From assembly GCA_015068425.1 (NCBI GenBank), contig SVKK01000007.1:2131-66130 (forward strand): a stretch of 64,000 nucleotides of DNA, given 5' to 3'. The notes beneath the pieces were generated by a model. The model did no database searches. It was not told the DNA's origin and saw only the letters and a program-made list of their open reading frames with translations. Position numbers and translations under genes: made by a program. This stretch comes from Oscillospiraceae bacterium (GTDB lineage: Bacteria; Bacillota; Clostridia; Oscillospirales; Oscillospiraceae). Shown here piece after piece: positions 1 to 7,239 of the stretch (within the stretch, counting starts at the first letter, position 1; each line of letters opens with the position of its first letter).

Positions 1-239
1 GCGAAGGCTTCGGAAGGAGCGGTGCTTCGGGAAAGCTTGCGGAGATAAAAGCGCTCCAGCAAAAAGAAAAGCAGAAGCACAGCAATGGTGTATACCACAA
101 CGGTGACAGATATGGCAGCTCCGGGGATTGAAAGACCCGCATCGTCAAAACCGTTCAAGTTCTGGAGCCAGCGGAGGAAGAAGCCGAATATACCTGCCAC
201 AAAAGAGACAATAGTTAAAGTGAAGGCATTTTTTCGCAT
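1..239 (-). CDS. Partial CDS (5' part present; 3' end runs off the left edge): small hydrophobic membrane protein, function unknown
   Basis: Own translation of the minus strand from ATG at 239 gives MRKNAFTLTIVSFVAGIFGFFLRWLQNLNGFDDAGLSIPG... and stays open to position 1. It is absent from the ORF track because it is truncated. Confidence 0.4.
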   Translation of the reverse strand, partial: MRKNAFTLTIVSFVAGIFGFFLRWLQNLNGFDDAGLSIPGAAISVTVVVYTIAVLLLFFLLERFYLRKLSRSTAPSEAF

Positions 240-327
240 AATTTCAAAACCTTTAACAATATAATATCAAATAAAAGTACAAAATATTTTATACCCCTTG
301 ACCCTTTCCGTCAAGTGATTTGGAGGT

Positions 328-723
328 TTGACCTTGAGGCGTATGCTTGTGGCCGGGGTTCTGCTGCTTATTATAGGGCTGCTTCCGGGGTTTATGAGGG
401 AAGGAACCGAAACCGGTGAGGTTTTAATGGCGGCAAAACTGGAAATTGCCAAAGAGGAGGCTGCGGTGCTTGAGGTGAGCGCCGGGGATTTCAGGAAAAG
501 CGTTCTGCGCATTTGTCCCGACGCTCTTTTGGAGGGAGAGCCGTCCAGCTGGCTGGGGCAGGCAAAAGCCGGAGAATACCTGTTTGTTGGCGGGCGTGAA
601 ATAAGCGCACGGACAATGAGCCGGATATTTCTGCTGGAAAGCGCGGATTTTGAACTTTGCTGGACCGGAGAATGTTTTTCGTTTTCGGTAAACGGTGTTG
701 ACAAAACATATAGCGGGGCGTAA
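328..723 (+). CDS. Hypothetical protein with an N-terminal hydrophobic anchor or signal segment
   Basis: 131-aa ORF with N-terminus LVAGVLLLIIGLLPGF and no family recognised. The start is uncertain (TTG 328, TTG 334 or ATG 343; GGAGG at 322-326). Confidence 0.5.
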   Translation: MTLRRMLVAGVLLLIIGLLPGFMREGTETGEVLMAAKLEIAKEEAAVLEVSAGDFRKSVLRICPDALLEGEPSSWLGQAKAGEYLFVGGREISARTMSRIFLLESADFELCWTGECFSFSVNGVDKTYSGA

Positions 724-734
724 TATTAAGGCAC

Positions 735-885
735 AACTTGATAGATGGGGAGCTGGATTTTTCCGGCTGAGATGAAGGTAATTGAGCCTGAAGACCCTTG
801 AACCTGATACGGGTAATGCCGGCGTAGGAAAACGATGATGTCCGTAGGCTTTCTATCCGTGCCTGCGGGCATTTCGTTTTCTCCG
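735..885 (+). promoter_or_regulatory. TPP (THI-box) riboswitch with expression platform, controlling thiT
   Basis: Conserved THI-box blocks are visible: GGGGAGC, CUGAGA (767-772), and ACCCUUGAACCUGAUACGGGUAAUGCCGGCGUAGGAA (794-830). A GAAAACGA/UCGUUUUC pairing follows upstream of the thiT SD. Confidence 0.85.
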
Positions 886-909
886 CAAAAAGAAAGGAGA
901 AAACAAAAA

Positions 910-1458
910 ATGAAAAAACAAAAACTCAAAATTCTTGCTGAGGGCGCAGTCCTCACCGCCCTTGCACTGGTGCTCAGCTACATAAAAATACCCATCGGTC
1001 TGGGCTTTGGCGGTTTCGGCGGCAGTGTGGACCTTGTTATGATACCCCTTATAGTTTATGCCGTCCGCCGGGGCTGCCTGCCGGGTCTGGCCGCAGGTCT
1101 TGTTTTCGGCACACTGAAGTTCTTCCTTGCGGGAGGCGTTGCGGTGAACTGGCAGAGTATGCTGCTGGATTATTCCCTTGCCTATATGTTTGTTGGCTTT
1201 GCGGGGCTTATACCGGAGATGCGTCTGCGCCTTCCCCTTGCAGCTCTTGTGGGCTGCGTGGCAAGATTTATCATCCACTATATAAGCGGTGTGACAATTT
1301 ATGCTCAGTATATGCCCGAGGAATTTATGAACCTGACTATGGTTTCCCCCGCTGTGTATTCTCTCCTCTATAACGGAACTTATATGCTGCCTAACACTAT
1401 CCTTGCTGTGGCAATCTGCGCCCTCCTGAAAAAGCCTCTGGAAAAAATAAAGCTTTGA
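910..1458 (+). CDS. thiT: Thiamine ECF-transporter S component ThiT
   Basis: The protein MKKQKLKILAEGAVLTALALVLSYIKIPIG...GGSVDLVMIPLIVYA is a ThiT-like 6-TM protein. ATG 910 is preceded by AAAGGAG, and the TPP riboswitch lies directly upstream. The track ORF start at 835 sits inside the riboswitch. Confidence 0.85.
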   Translation: MKKQKLKILAEGAVLTALALVLSYIKIPIGLGFGGFGGSVDLVMIPLIVYAVRRGCLPGLAAGLVFGTLKFFLAGGVAVNWQSMLLDYSLAYMFVGFAGLIPEMRLRLPLAALVGCVARFIIHYISGVTIYAQYMPEEFMNLTMVSPAVYSLLYNGTYMLPNTILAVAICALLKKPLEKIKL

Positions 1459-1496
1459 AAAATCGGCGCCTCGCTTTTGCGGGGCGCCGATTTTGT
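1458..1496 (+). terminator. Intrinsic terminator of thiT
   Basis: Stem ATCGGCGCC (1462-1470) pairs with GGCGCCGAT (1483-1491), followed by a T-run. Confidence 0.8.
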
Positions 1497-1526
1497 TGTA
1501 AAATTAATGTTGCCGCAAGGCTTTCA

Positions 1527-1603
1527 CCTTGAGGGGAAGGTGGTGTTTGCGAAGCAAATGACGGATGAGGTGTTTTTACGGAACGGTCAAGACCGTTCCC
1601 TAC
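1527..1603. repeat. Copy of the mosaic intergenic repeat family (module A followed by a reverse-oriented GTAGGG-hairpin module)
   Basis: CCTTGAGGGGAAGG-TGGTGTTTGCGAAGCAAATGACGGATGAGGTGTTTTT parallels 24588-24642 and 56545-56591. GGAACGGTC-AA-GACCGTTCC-CTAC parallels 24704-24729. Confidence 0.6.
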
Positions 1604-1644
1604 ATCTGCTGCGCTCACAAGGCCGTCCCAATTCGTTGATGACG

Positions 1645-1857
1645 CCAAAAAAGGACACACCTTATGGTGTGCGGCAAACCCGGAATTTCGCCCAAGGGCG
1701 AAGATTCCCGCCCCGCTGTCGGTGAGCAAGCTCCCCACAGCTTTGCCCCAAACAACTTCCCTCCTCGCGGCATAGCCGCTGCGGTCGTAGGCTAAAAACA
1801 TGCCCCCGGCATGTTTTCTTAACGCCACGACCAAAAAAGGACACACCTTATGGTGTG
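1645..1857. repeat. Perfect 27-nt direct repeat (1645-1671 and 1831-1857) bracketing a ~160-nt hairpin-rich insert
   Basis: CCAAAAAAGGACACACCTTATGGTGTG occurs twice, 186 bp apart. The second copy is the 5' half of the tRNA-operon terminator. Confidence 0.85.
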
Positions 1858-1865
1858 TCCTTTTT
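1833..1865 (-). terminator. Intrinsic terminator of the tRNA operon (symmetric A/T flanks)
   Basis: AAAAAAGGACACACC-TTAT-GGTGTGTCCTTTTTT lies immediately 3' of tRNA-Cys. Confidence 0.85.
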
Positions 1866-1940
1866 TGGAGGCGCCACCCGGAATCGGACCGGGGAATCGC
1901 GGATTTGCAGTCCGCTGCCTTACCGCTTGGCTATGGCGCC
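1866..1940 (-). tRNA. tRNA-Cys (GCA), CCA encoded
   Basis: The reverse complement is GGCGCCATAGCCAAGCGGTAAGGCAGCGGACTGCAAATCCGC...GGTGGCGCCTCCA. It folds as a cloverleaf with anticodon loop CTGCAAA. Confidence 0.93.
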
Positions 1941-1985
1941 ATATACGCGATTTGCTCCAAGAATTTGGAGCAAATCGGCTTTTTA

Positions 1986-2061
1986 TGGAGCGGCTGACGA
2001 GGCTCGAACTCGCTACCTCCACCTTGGCAAGGTGGCGCTCTACCGGATGAGCTACAGCCGC
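1986..2061 (-). tRNA. tRNA-Gly (GCC), CCA encoded
   Basis: The reverse complement is GCGGCTGTAGCTCATCCGGTAGAGCGCCACCTTGCCAAGGTGG...CAGCCGCTCCA, with anticodon loop TTGCCAA. Confidence 0.93.
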
Positions 2062-2065
2062 AAAA

Positions 2066-2141
<76 letters not shown>

Positions 2142-2148
2142 AAATTTA

Positions 2149-2225
2149 TGGTGGGGACAATTGGACTCGAACCAATGACCCCCTGCTTGTAAGGCAGGTG
2201 CTCTAACCAGCTGAGCTATGCCCCC
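2149..2225 (-). tRNA. tRNA-Val (TAC), CCA encoded
   Basis: The reverse complement is GGGGGCATAGCTCAGCTGGTTAGAGCACCTGCCTTACAAGCAGG...GTCCCCACCA, with anticodon loop CTTACAA. Confidence 0.93.
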
Positions 2226-2255
2226 AAAACACGCCGTCTTAAACAGCGCTTTGTC

Positions 2256-2284
2256 ATTATACTAAAGGCAAAGCGCTTTGTCAA
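2256..2284 (-). promoter_or_regulatory. Sigma-A-type promoter of the tRNA operon
   Basis: On the minus strand the sequence reads TTGACA (2284-2279), a 17-nt spacer, then TATAAT (2261-2256), about 30 nt upstream of tRNA-Val. Confidence 0.75.
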
Positions 2285-2294
2285 GAGTGAAATT

Positions 2295-3494
2295 TTATTT
2301 TTCTGTAAAATCTTTCTTTTTCAAAATAAGAGCTTTTTCCGTGGAAAAAACAGAGAAAACGCACATTGATATCAAAACGGCGAACCAGAAAACCATTGCC
2401 CCGTTCCAGCTTCCGCTTATATCAAAGATCCTGCCCATAAGTACAGGGCCTACAGCTGCAAAAACATAACCGCCGCACTGGGTGAAGCCGGATATGGCGG
2501 ATGCCTCCGAGGGGGAGGCGCTGCGGGCGGAGAAAAGGAAGATGCAGGCGCTGAAACCGGTTCCCACACCCAGAGCCAGCAGAACGATGCCAAGCCAGAA
2601 CAGCGCAGAGGCACCACGGGAGATAAAGAAGACCACAGCACCGGACACATAGCAGAGATTGCAGGCGCAGATAAGCCCTCTCCATGACATTTTTTCCATG
2701 AAAATCGGGACAAGCAGGGTGGTGCTCAGGCTTATTATCTGCATAACGGTGCTTGCTCCGGCAGCATCGCCGGCGCTCATACCCCACCACTGCAAAATGG
2801 AGGGCATCCACGCGGAAATGCAGTAAAAGAGCATAGACTGGGTGCCCATATAACCCAGCAGCATCCATGCCTTCCAGGAGCCCATCATTTTCAGGAAAAG
2901 ACCCTTTTCTCCTGCCTTTGGAGCTCCGCGATTTACTTCCAGACGGGATTGTGGAGCCCAGAGTATTATGGCGGCGAGGGCGGCAACAGCCCACATGGCA
3001 AGAACACCCCGCCAGCCGATGAAGCGGGTGAGGGGAACATTTATTCCCATGCACATGGCTGTGGTAAGGCTCATGGTAGTTGTGTAAAGAGCGCTGACAA
3101 GCCCCACGTTGTTGGGGAAGCGGAGCTTTATAAGACCAATCATAAGGCTGTTCATTATACCAACGCCCACAGCCATAATGCCAGTTCCCGCGAAAAGACC
3201 GAAGGCACCGAACAAAGCACGCAGACCTACGCCGATGAAGATGAACACGAGTGCGGCTTCAAGCATTTTTCCAATGGAAAAACGCTGGCTCAGCACGGAG
3301 GCGATAGGACATACGATGGCGAACACGATAAGAGGTATGGTGGTTATCATACCCGCTGCGGCGCCGTTGAGCCCAAGCTCCGCCTGAATCATATCAACGA
3401 TGGTGCCAACTCCCGTGTAGCAGGCTCTCATATTGGCAGAAAGCAGGATGACAAGGAGCAGCAAAGAAATGCTAAGTTTACTCTTTCTGCTCAT
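2295..3494 (-). CDS. MFS transporter (CynX/NimT-like)
   Basis: 12-TM-type sequence MSRKSKLSISLLLLVILLSANMRACYTGVGTIV.... The start is set at ATG 3494 because the track start at 3581 overlaps hslO. Confidence 0.8.
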   Translation of the reverse strand: MSRKSKLSISLLLLVILLSANMRACYTGVGTIVDMIQAELGLNGAAAGMITTIPLIVFAIVCPIASVLSQRFSIGKMLEAALVFIFIGVGLRALFGAFGLFAGTGIMAVGVGIMNSLMIGLIKLRFPNNVGLVSALYTTTMSLTTAMCMGINVPLTRFIGWRGVLAMWAVAALAAIILWAPQSRLEVNRGAPKAGEKGLFLKMMGSWKAWMLLGYMGTQSMLFYCISAWMPSILQWWGMSAGDAAGASTVMQIISLSTTLLVPIFMEKMSWRGLICACNLCYVSGAVVFFISRGASALFWLGIVLLALGVGTGFSACIFLFSARSASPSEASAISGFTQCGGYVFAAVGPVLMGRIFDISGSWNGAMVFWFAVLISMCVFSVFSTEKALILKKKDFTEK

Positions 3495-3529
3495 ATCAAC
3501 CCTGCTTTCTGTGTATTTTAATTTTAGTT

Positions 3530-4393
3530 TTAGATAAGGCTTCTGATATCCTCGGGGGTGAAAATATATGTTCTGTCGCAAAACTGGCAGCCAACCTCGG
3601 TGTCACCGCCCTGCTGAGCTATTTCCTCCAAAGCGGTGCTGCCCACGCTTCTGAGGGCTTCTGAAACACGCTCTCTGGAGCAGTAGCAGCGGTACTCAAC
3701 TTCGCTTTCCTCCAAAATACGGGGCTCAAGACCCTTAAGCACCTGCGCAATTATCTCCTCCATACCGTCCTCGTCCAGTATAGTGGTAAGCTGGTCCATA
3801 AAGAAGATGTTATCCTCCAGCTTTTCAATAAGTCCGTCAGGGGCACCGGGCATAAGCTGAACGATAAAGCCGCCCGCCGCGCGAATGGAGCAGTCGGTGT
3901 CCACCAGAACGCCCAGACCGCAGGCTGCGGGGATCTGCTCGCTTTCCACATAGTAGGCGGAGAAGTCTTCGGCGATTTCGCCGGAGATAAGATTAACGCT
4001 GCCCACATAAGGCTCTTTGAGACCTATATCCTTGCTGACGGTGAGAGTTCCGTCCCGGCCAACAGCGCCGCCAACATCAATCTTGCCGTCGCTGCGGAGG
4101 GGAAGCTCCACGCCCGGCTCGTCCACATAGCCACGGACATTGCCTTCGCAGTCTGCAACGGCCAGAATGCTGCCGAGAGGGCCCCCGCCGTTTATGCGTA
4201 CGGTTACAGCGGCATCAGCTTCCTTCATCATATTGCCCATAAGGCTTGCGGCGCAGAGAGTGCGTCCCAAAGCCGCGGAAGCAGTGGGGCTGAGTCCGTG
4301 AATCTGTCGGGCTCTTTCCACTATATCCCGGGCCTCAATAACAGCAATTTTTATAAAATCATCGCCTGCAACGGCGCGAATTATTCTTCCCAT
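3530..4393 (-). CDS. hslO: Hsp33 family redox-regulated chaperone HslO
   Basis: The N-terminus MGRIIRAVAGDDFIKIAVIEARDIVERAR is Hsp33-like. The C-terminal zinc centre CYCSRERV...CQFC matches the CXC...CXXC motif. Confidence 0.92.
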   Translation of the reverse strand: MGRIIRAVAGDDFIKIAVIEARDIVERARQIHGLSPTASAALGRTLCAASLMGNMMKEADAAVTVRINGGGPLGSILAVADCEGNVRGYVDEPGVELPLRSDGKIDVGGAVGRDGTLTVSKDIGLKEPYVGSVNLISGEIAEDFSAYYVESEQIPAACGLGVLVDTDCSIRAAGGFIVQLMPGAPDGLIEKLEDNIFFMDQLTTILDEDGMEEIIAQVLKGLEPRILEESEVEYRCYCSRERVSEALRSVGSTALEEIAQQGGDTEVGCQFCDRTYIFTPEDIRSLI

Positions 4394-4408
4394 TGTGAAT
4401 ATCCTTCC

Positions 4409-5149
4409 TCAGTGTTCAAGATTGGTGGCGACTATATAAAGTCTGCCCATTTCGTGCTGGGGGCCGTCGCAAATGAGCTGCACATCGGCAAAGCCGCACT
4501 CTTCAAGAAGGGAAACAAGGGCCTTGGGATTATGGACATATTCCACATGCTCCTCGCTCTCCCGCTCCCAAAGTCTGCCTTTGCGGCGGAAAATGTCCAA
4601 ACCGTAAAAAAGCGCCTGCTCGTCTTCATCAAATTCTGCCCGCCAGAGACAGAGCATATCCTCGTCCTCGTCTACAAAGGTGCCTCCGTCCAGACTTCTG
4701 AGCCTTTCAGGAGAGTGGAAATCAAAAGCCAGCTTTCCACCCGGCTCGATGAAAAGATGAAGGCGTCGGAAAAGCTCCGGCAGCTCCTCGGGGGTGAGAT
4801 AGTTCATACCGTCCAGAGAACAATATGCGCCCTCCACTGTGCCGAAAAGATCAAGCTCGGATGCTTCCTGACAGAGGAATATAGGCTTGGTGCCGCCGCG
4901 GAAATCCTCAAGCTTGGCGGCTGCAACGCTGAGCATCTCCTCTGAGAGATCAACTCCTATCATCTCGTGTCCTCTTTCGGCCATGAGATAGGTGAGGGTG
5001 CCTGTACCGCAGCACAAATCCAGGAGGGTAAGGCTTTGCTTACCCTCCCGAATCAGAAGCTTTTCATAATATTCGGCAAATGCCCCGTAAGGCACGTCCC
5101 CTGTAAGCGCATCATAGCTGGCAGCAAGGGGTCCGTAGGACTCCATCAC
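4409..5149 (-). CDS. Class I SAM-dependent methyltransferase
   Basis: SAM-binding motif I LLDLCCGTGTLT is present. The start overlaps the upstream gene stop by 4 nt. Confidence 0.8.
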   Translation of the reverse strand: MMESYGPLAASYDALTGDVPYGAFAEYYEKLLIREGKQSLTLLDLCCGTGTLTYLMAERGHEMIGVDLSEEMLSVAAAKLEDFRGGTKPIFLCQEASELDLFGTVEGAYCSLDGMNYLTPEELPELFRRLHLFIEPGGKLAFDFHSPERLRSLDGGTFVDEDEDMLCLWRAEFDEDEQALFYGLDIFRRKGRLWERESEEHVEYVHNPKALVSLLEECGFADVQLICDGPQHEMGRLYIVATNLEH

Positions 5150-5454
5150 TTCCCGTCCTTTCCGGGGATGAGACCCAGGCGCTCAAACACCACGGTGTAA
5201 CCGTCATTTCCGTACTGAAGGGAACGGTTCACGCGGCTGATGGTGGCGCTGGACGCACCGGTCTGCTCAAGAATATCGTTATATATAAGTCCTTGCTCCA
5301 GCAGCACGGCAACCTGAAAACGCTGCTCCATAGCCTGAAGCTCGGACACAGTGCAAAGGTCGTCAAAGAACTTAATGCACTCGTCCACATCCTGCAGCGC
5401 AAGAATAGCCTTATACATATCTTCGTTGCGGGGTTTTCTGTTACGTTTGTTCAT
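5146..5454 (-). CDS. YerC/YecD family TrpR-like protein
   Basis: The 102-aa protein ...LCTVSELQAMEQRFQVAVLLEQGLIYNDILEQTGASSATISRVNRSL is typical of the YerC/YecD family. Confidence 0.8.
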   Translation of the reverse strand: MNKRNRKPRNEDMYKAILALQDVDECIKFFDDLCTVSELQAMEQRFQVAVLLEQGLIYNDILEQTGASSATISRVNRSLQYGNDGYTVVFERLGLIPGKDGK

Positions 5455-5688
5455 TTGATAATCTCCTTTGGCGGAAACATCCGCCGTTTATTACACTGTC
5501 ATTTTATAGCATTAAAGTGTAAAAGTAAATACCCATTTTCCAATTTACAAATAATTCGGAATAGTGTATAATGAAAGAGCTCGCAAAGTGTGCGATATAG
5601 CAAGTTGTTTGTGTGAATTTTCTTGACATTCCACAATATGTAAGGTGTAAGCTATAGTTGAAAAATCAATGAAGGAGGTTGATCTCTT

Positions 5689-6120
5689 GTGATGATAACT
5701 ATTTGGGCAGCCGCCATAGTGGTGTTTTTTGTGATTGAGGCTATTACTGTCGGCGTTGCTTCCATCTGGTTTGCGCTGGGAAGTATCTGCGCTCTTATTG
5801 CCGCTCTGTTGGGCGCTCCGGAATGGCTGCAGATTGCATGGTTTGTGGTAATCAGCGTTGTCACCCTTATATTTACAAGACCGATAGTGAAGAAATATGT
5901 CCACGGCAAAAGACAAGCCACAAATGCCGACCGTGTGATCGGAATGAAAGCCACTGTACGGGAGAGCATTGATAATCTGGCAGCTAAGGGCAGCGTAATG
6001 ACAGACGGCAAGGAGTGGACTGCCAGAAGCGCCAACGGAGAGCCAATAGCCAGCGGCAGCGTTGTCACCGTTTTGTCCATTGAGGGCGTTAAGCTGATCG
6101 TTGAGCCCTTTGTAGAATAA
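5689..6120 (+). CDS. NfeD family membrane protein
   Basis: Two or three N-terminal TM helices precede a C-terminal OB-like domain (KATVRESIDNLAAKGSVMTDGKEWTARS). It is paired with an SPFH gene. The start is GTG 5689 or ATG 5692, after GAAGGAGG. Confidence 0.85.
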   Translation: MMITIWAAAIVVFFVIEAITVGVASIWFALGSICALIAALLGAPEWLQIAWFVVISVVTLIFTRPIVKKYVHGKRQATNADRVIGMKATVRESIDNLAAKGSVMTDGKEWTARSANGEPIASGSVVTVLSIEGVKLIVEPFVE

Positions 6121-6165
6121 AAGAAAAAAAGCAAGATATATTAAACTTATAAAGGAGGAAATCTT

Positions 6166-7116
6166 ATGGGTAAAATTATTGTTCCTGCAGTAATTGTTGT
6201 AATTATCATCATTATTCTTATCAAGAATATACGAGTGGTACAACAAGCAAGAGCTTACGTCGTTGAGCGTCTGGGCGCATATTCCGCAACATGGACCGTG
6301 GGTCTCCACTTTAAGATTCCTTTCTTTGAGAGAATTGCCAAAGTGGTTTCCCTCAAAGAGCAGGTTGCAGACTTCCCCCCTCAGCCTGTTATCACCAAGG
6401 ATAATGTCACCATGCAGATAGACACCGTTGTCTATTTCCAGATTACTGACCCCAAGCTTTATACCTATGGCATTGAGCACCCCATTGTTGCCATTGAAAA
6501 TCTGGCAGCCACCACCCTCCGTAACATCATCGGCGATCTGGAGCTTGATCAGTGCCTTACAAGCCGCGATATTATCAACAGCAAAATGCGCTCCATCCTT
6601 GACGAAGCTACCGACCCCTGGGGCATTAAGGTCAACCGCGTTGAGCTTAAGAACATTCTGCCTCCCAAGGAGATTCAGAACGCAATGGAGAAACAGATGA
6701 AGGCAGAACGCGAACGCCGCGAAGCAATTCTCCGTGCAGAAGGCGAAAAGAAGAGCGCTATCCTCACCGCCGAAGGCGAAAGAGAGTCTGCCATTTTGCG
6801 TGCAGACGCAGCCAAGCAGGCACAGATTCTTGAAGCAGAGGGTGCCCGCGAGGCCCGCATCCTTGCTGCCGAGGCAGAGGCAGAAGCTATCCTCAAGGTT
6901 CAGGAGGCAACCGCAGAAGGTATCCGCCGCATCAATGCCGCTGAGCCCGGTGAGGCTTTCCTGAAAATCAGAGCGCTGGAAGCATTCGGCGCCGCAGCCA
7001 ACGGCCGCGCCACCAAGATTATTATTCCCAGCGAGATTCAGGGAATAGCCGGTCTTGCAGAAGGAATTGTGGAAACCGTGCGTGTTCCCCAGAAAGCAGC
7101 CGAGAAAAAAGACTGA
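6166..7116 (+). CDS. SPFH/band-7 (stomatin/prohibitin-like) protein
   Basis: The core VVERLGAYSATWTVGLHFKIPFFERIAKVVSLKEQV is SPFH-like, followed by a coiled-coil A/E-rich C-terminus. Confidence 0.9.
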   Translation: MGKIIVPAVIVVIIIIILIKNIRVVQQARAYVVERLGAYSATWTVGLHFKIPFFERIAKVVSLKEQVADFPPQPVITKDNVTMQIDTVVYFQITDPKLYTYGIEHPIVAIENLAATTLRNIIGDLELDQCLTSRDIINSKMRSILDEATDPWGIKVNRVELKNILPPKEIQNAMEKQMKAERERREAILRAEGEKKSAILTAEGERESAILRADAAKQAQILEAEGAREARILAAEAEAEAILKVQEATAEGIRRINAAEPGEAFLKIRALEAFGAAANGRATKIIIPSEIQGIAGLAEGIVETVRVPQKAAEKKD

Positions 7117-7126
7117 TAAACTATAG

Positions 7127-7165
7127 AATCAAGAGGCACGCCGGAAGGCGTGTCTCTTGATTTTA
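7127..7165 (+). terminator. Intrinsic terminator after the SPFH gene
   Basis: AATCAAGAGGCACGCC-GGAA-GGCGTGTCTCTTGATT followed by TTT. Confidence 0.75.
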
Positions 7166-7171
7166 TAGCCC

Positions 7172-7200
7172 TTGAAATAAAAGCAGTTTTTGTATATAAT
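7172..7200 (+). promoter_or_regulatory. Sigma-A-type promoter of LRR gene 1
   Basis: TTGAAA (7172-7177), a 17-nt spacer, then TATAAT (7195-7200). Confidence 0.6.
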
Positions 7201-7239
7201 AATTGGCATCAATCAAAGCAAAATTCTGGAGGTTCTGGA

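Noticed and set aside
5545-6480. A 311-aa minus-strand ORF spans the yerC-nfeD intergenic region and runs antisense to nfeD and the SPFH gene.
   Set aside because: The translation is N/Y/C/H-rich low-complexity sequence. It crosses a promoter region and two well-supported plus-strand genes, and has no start context.
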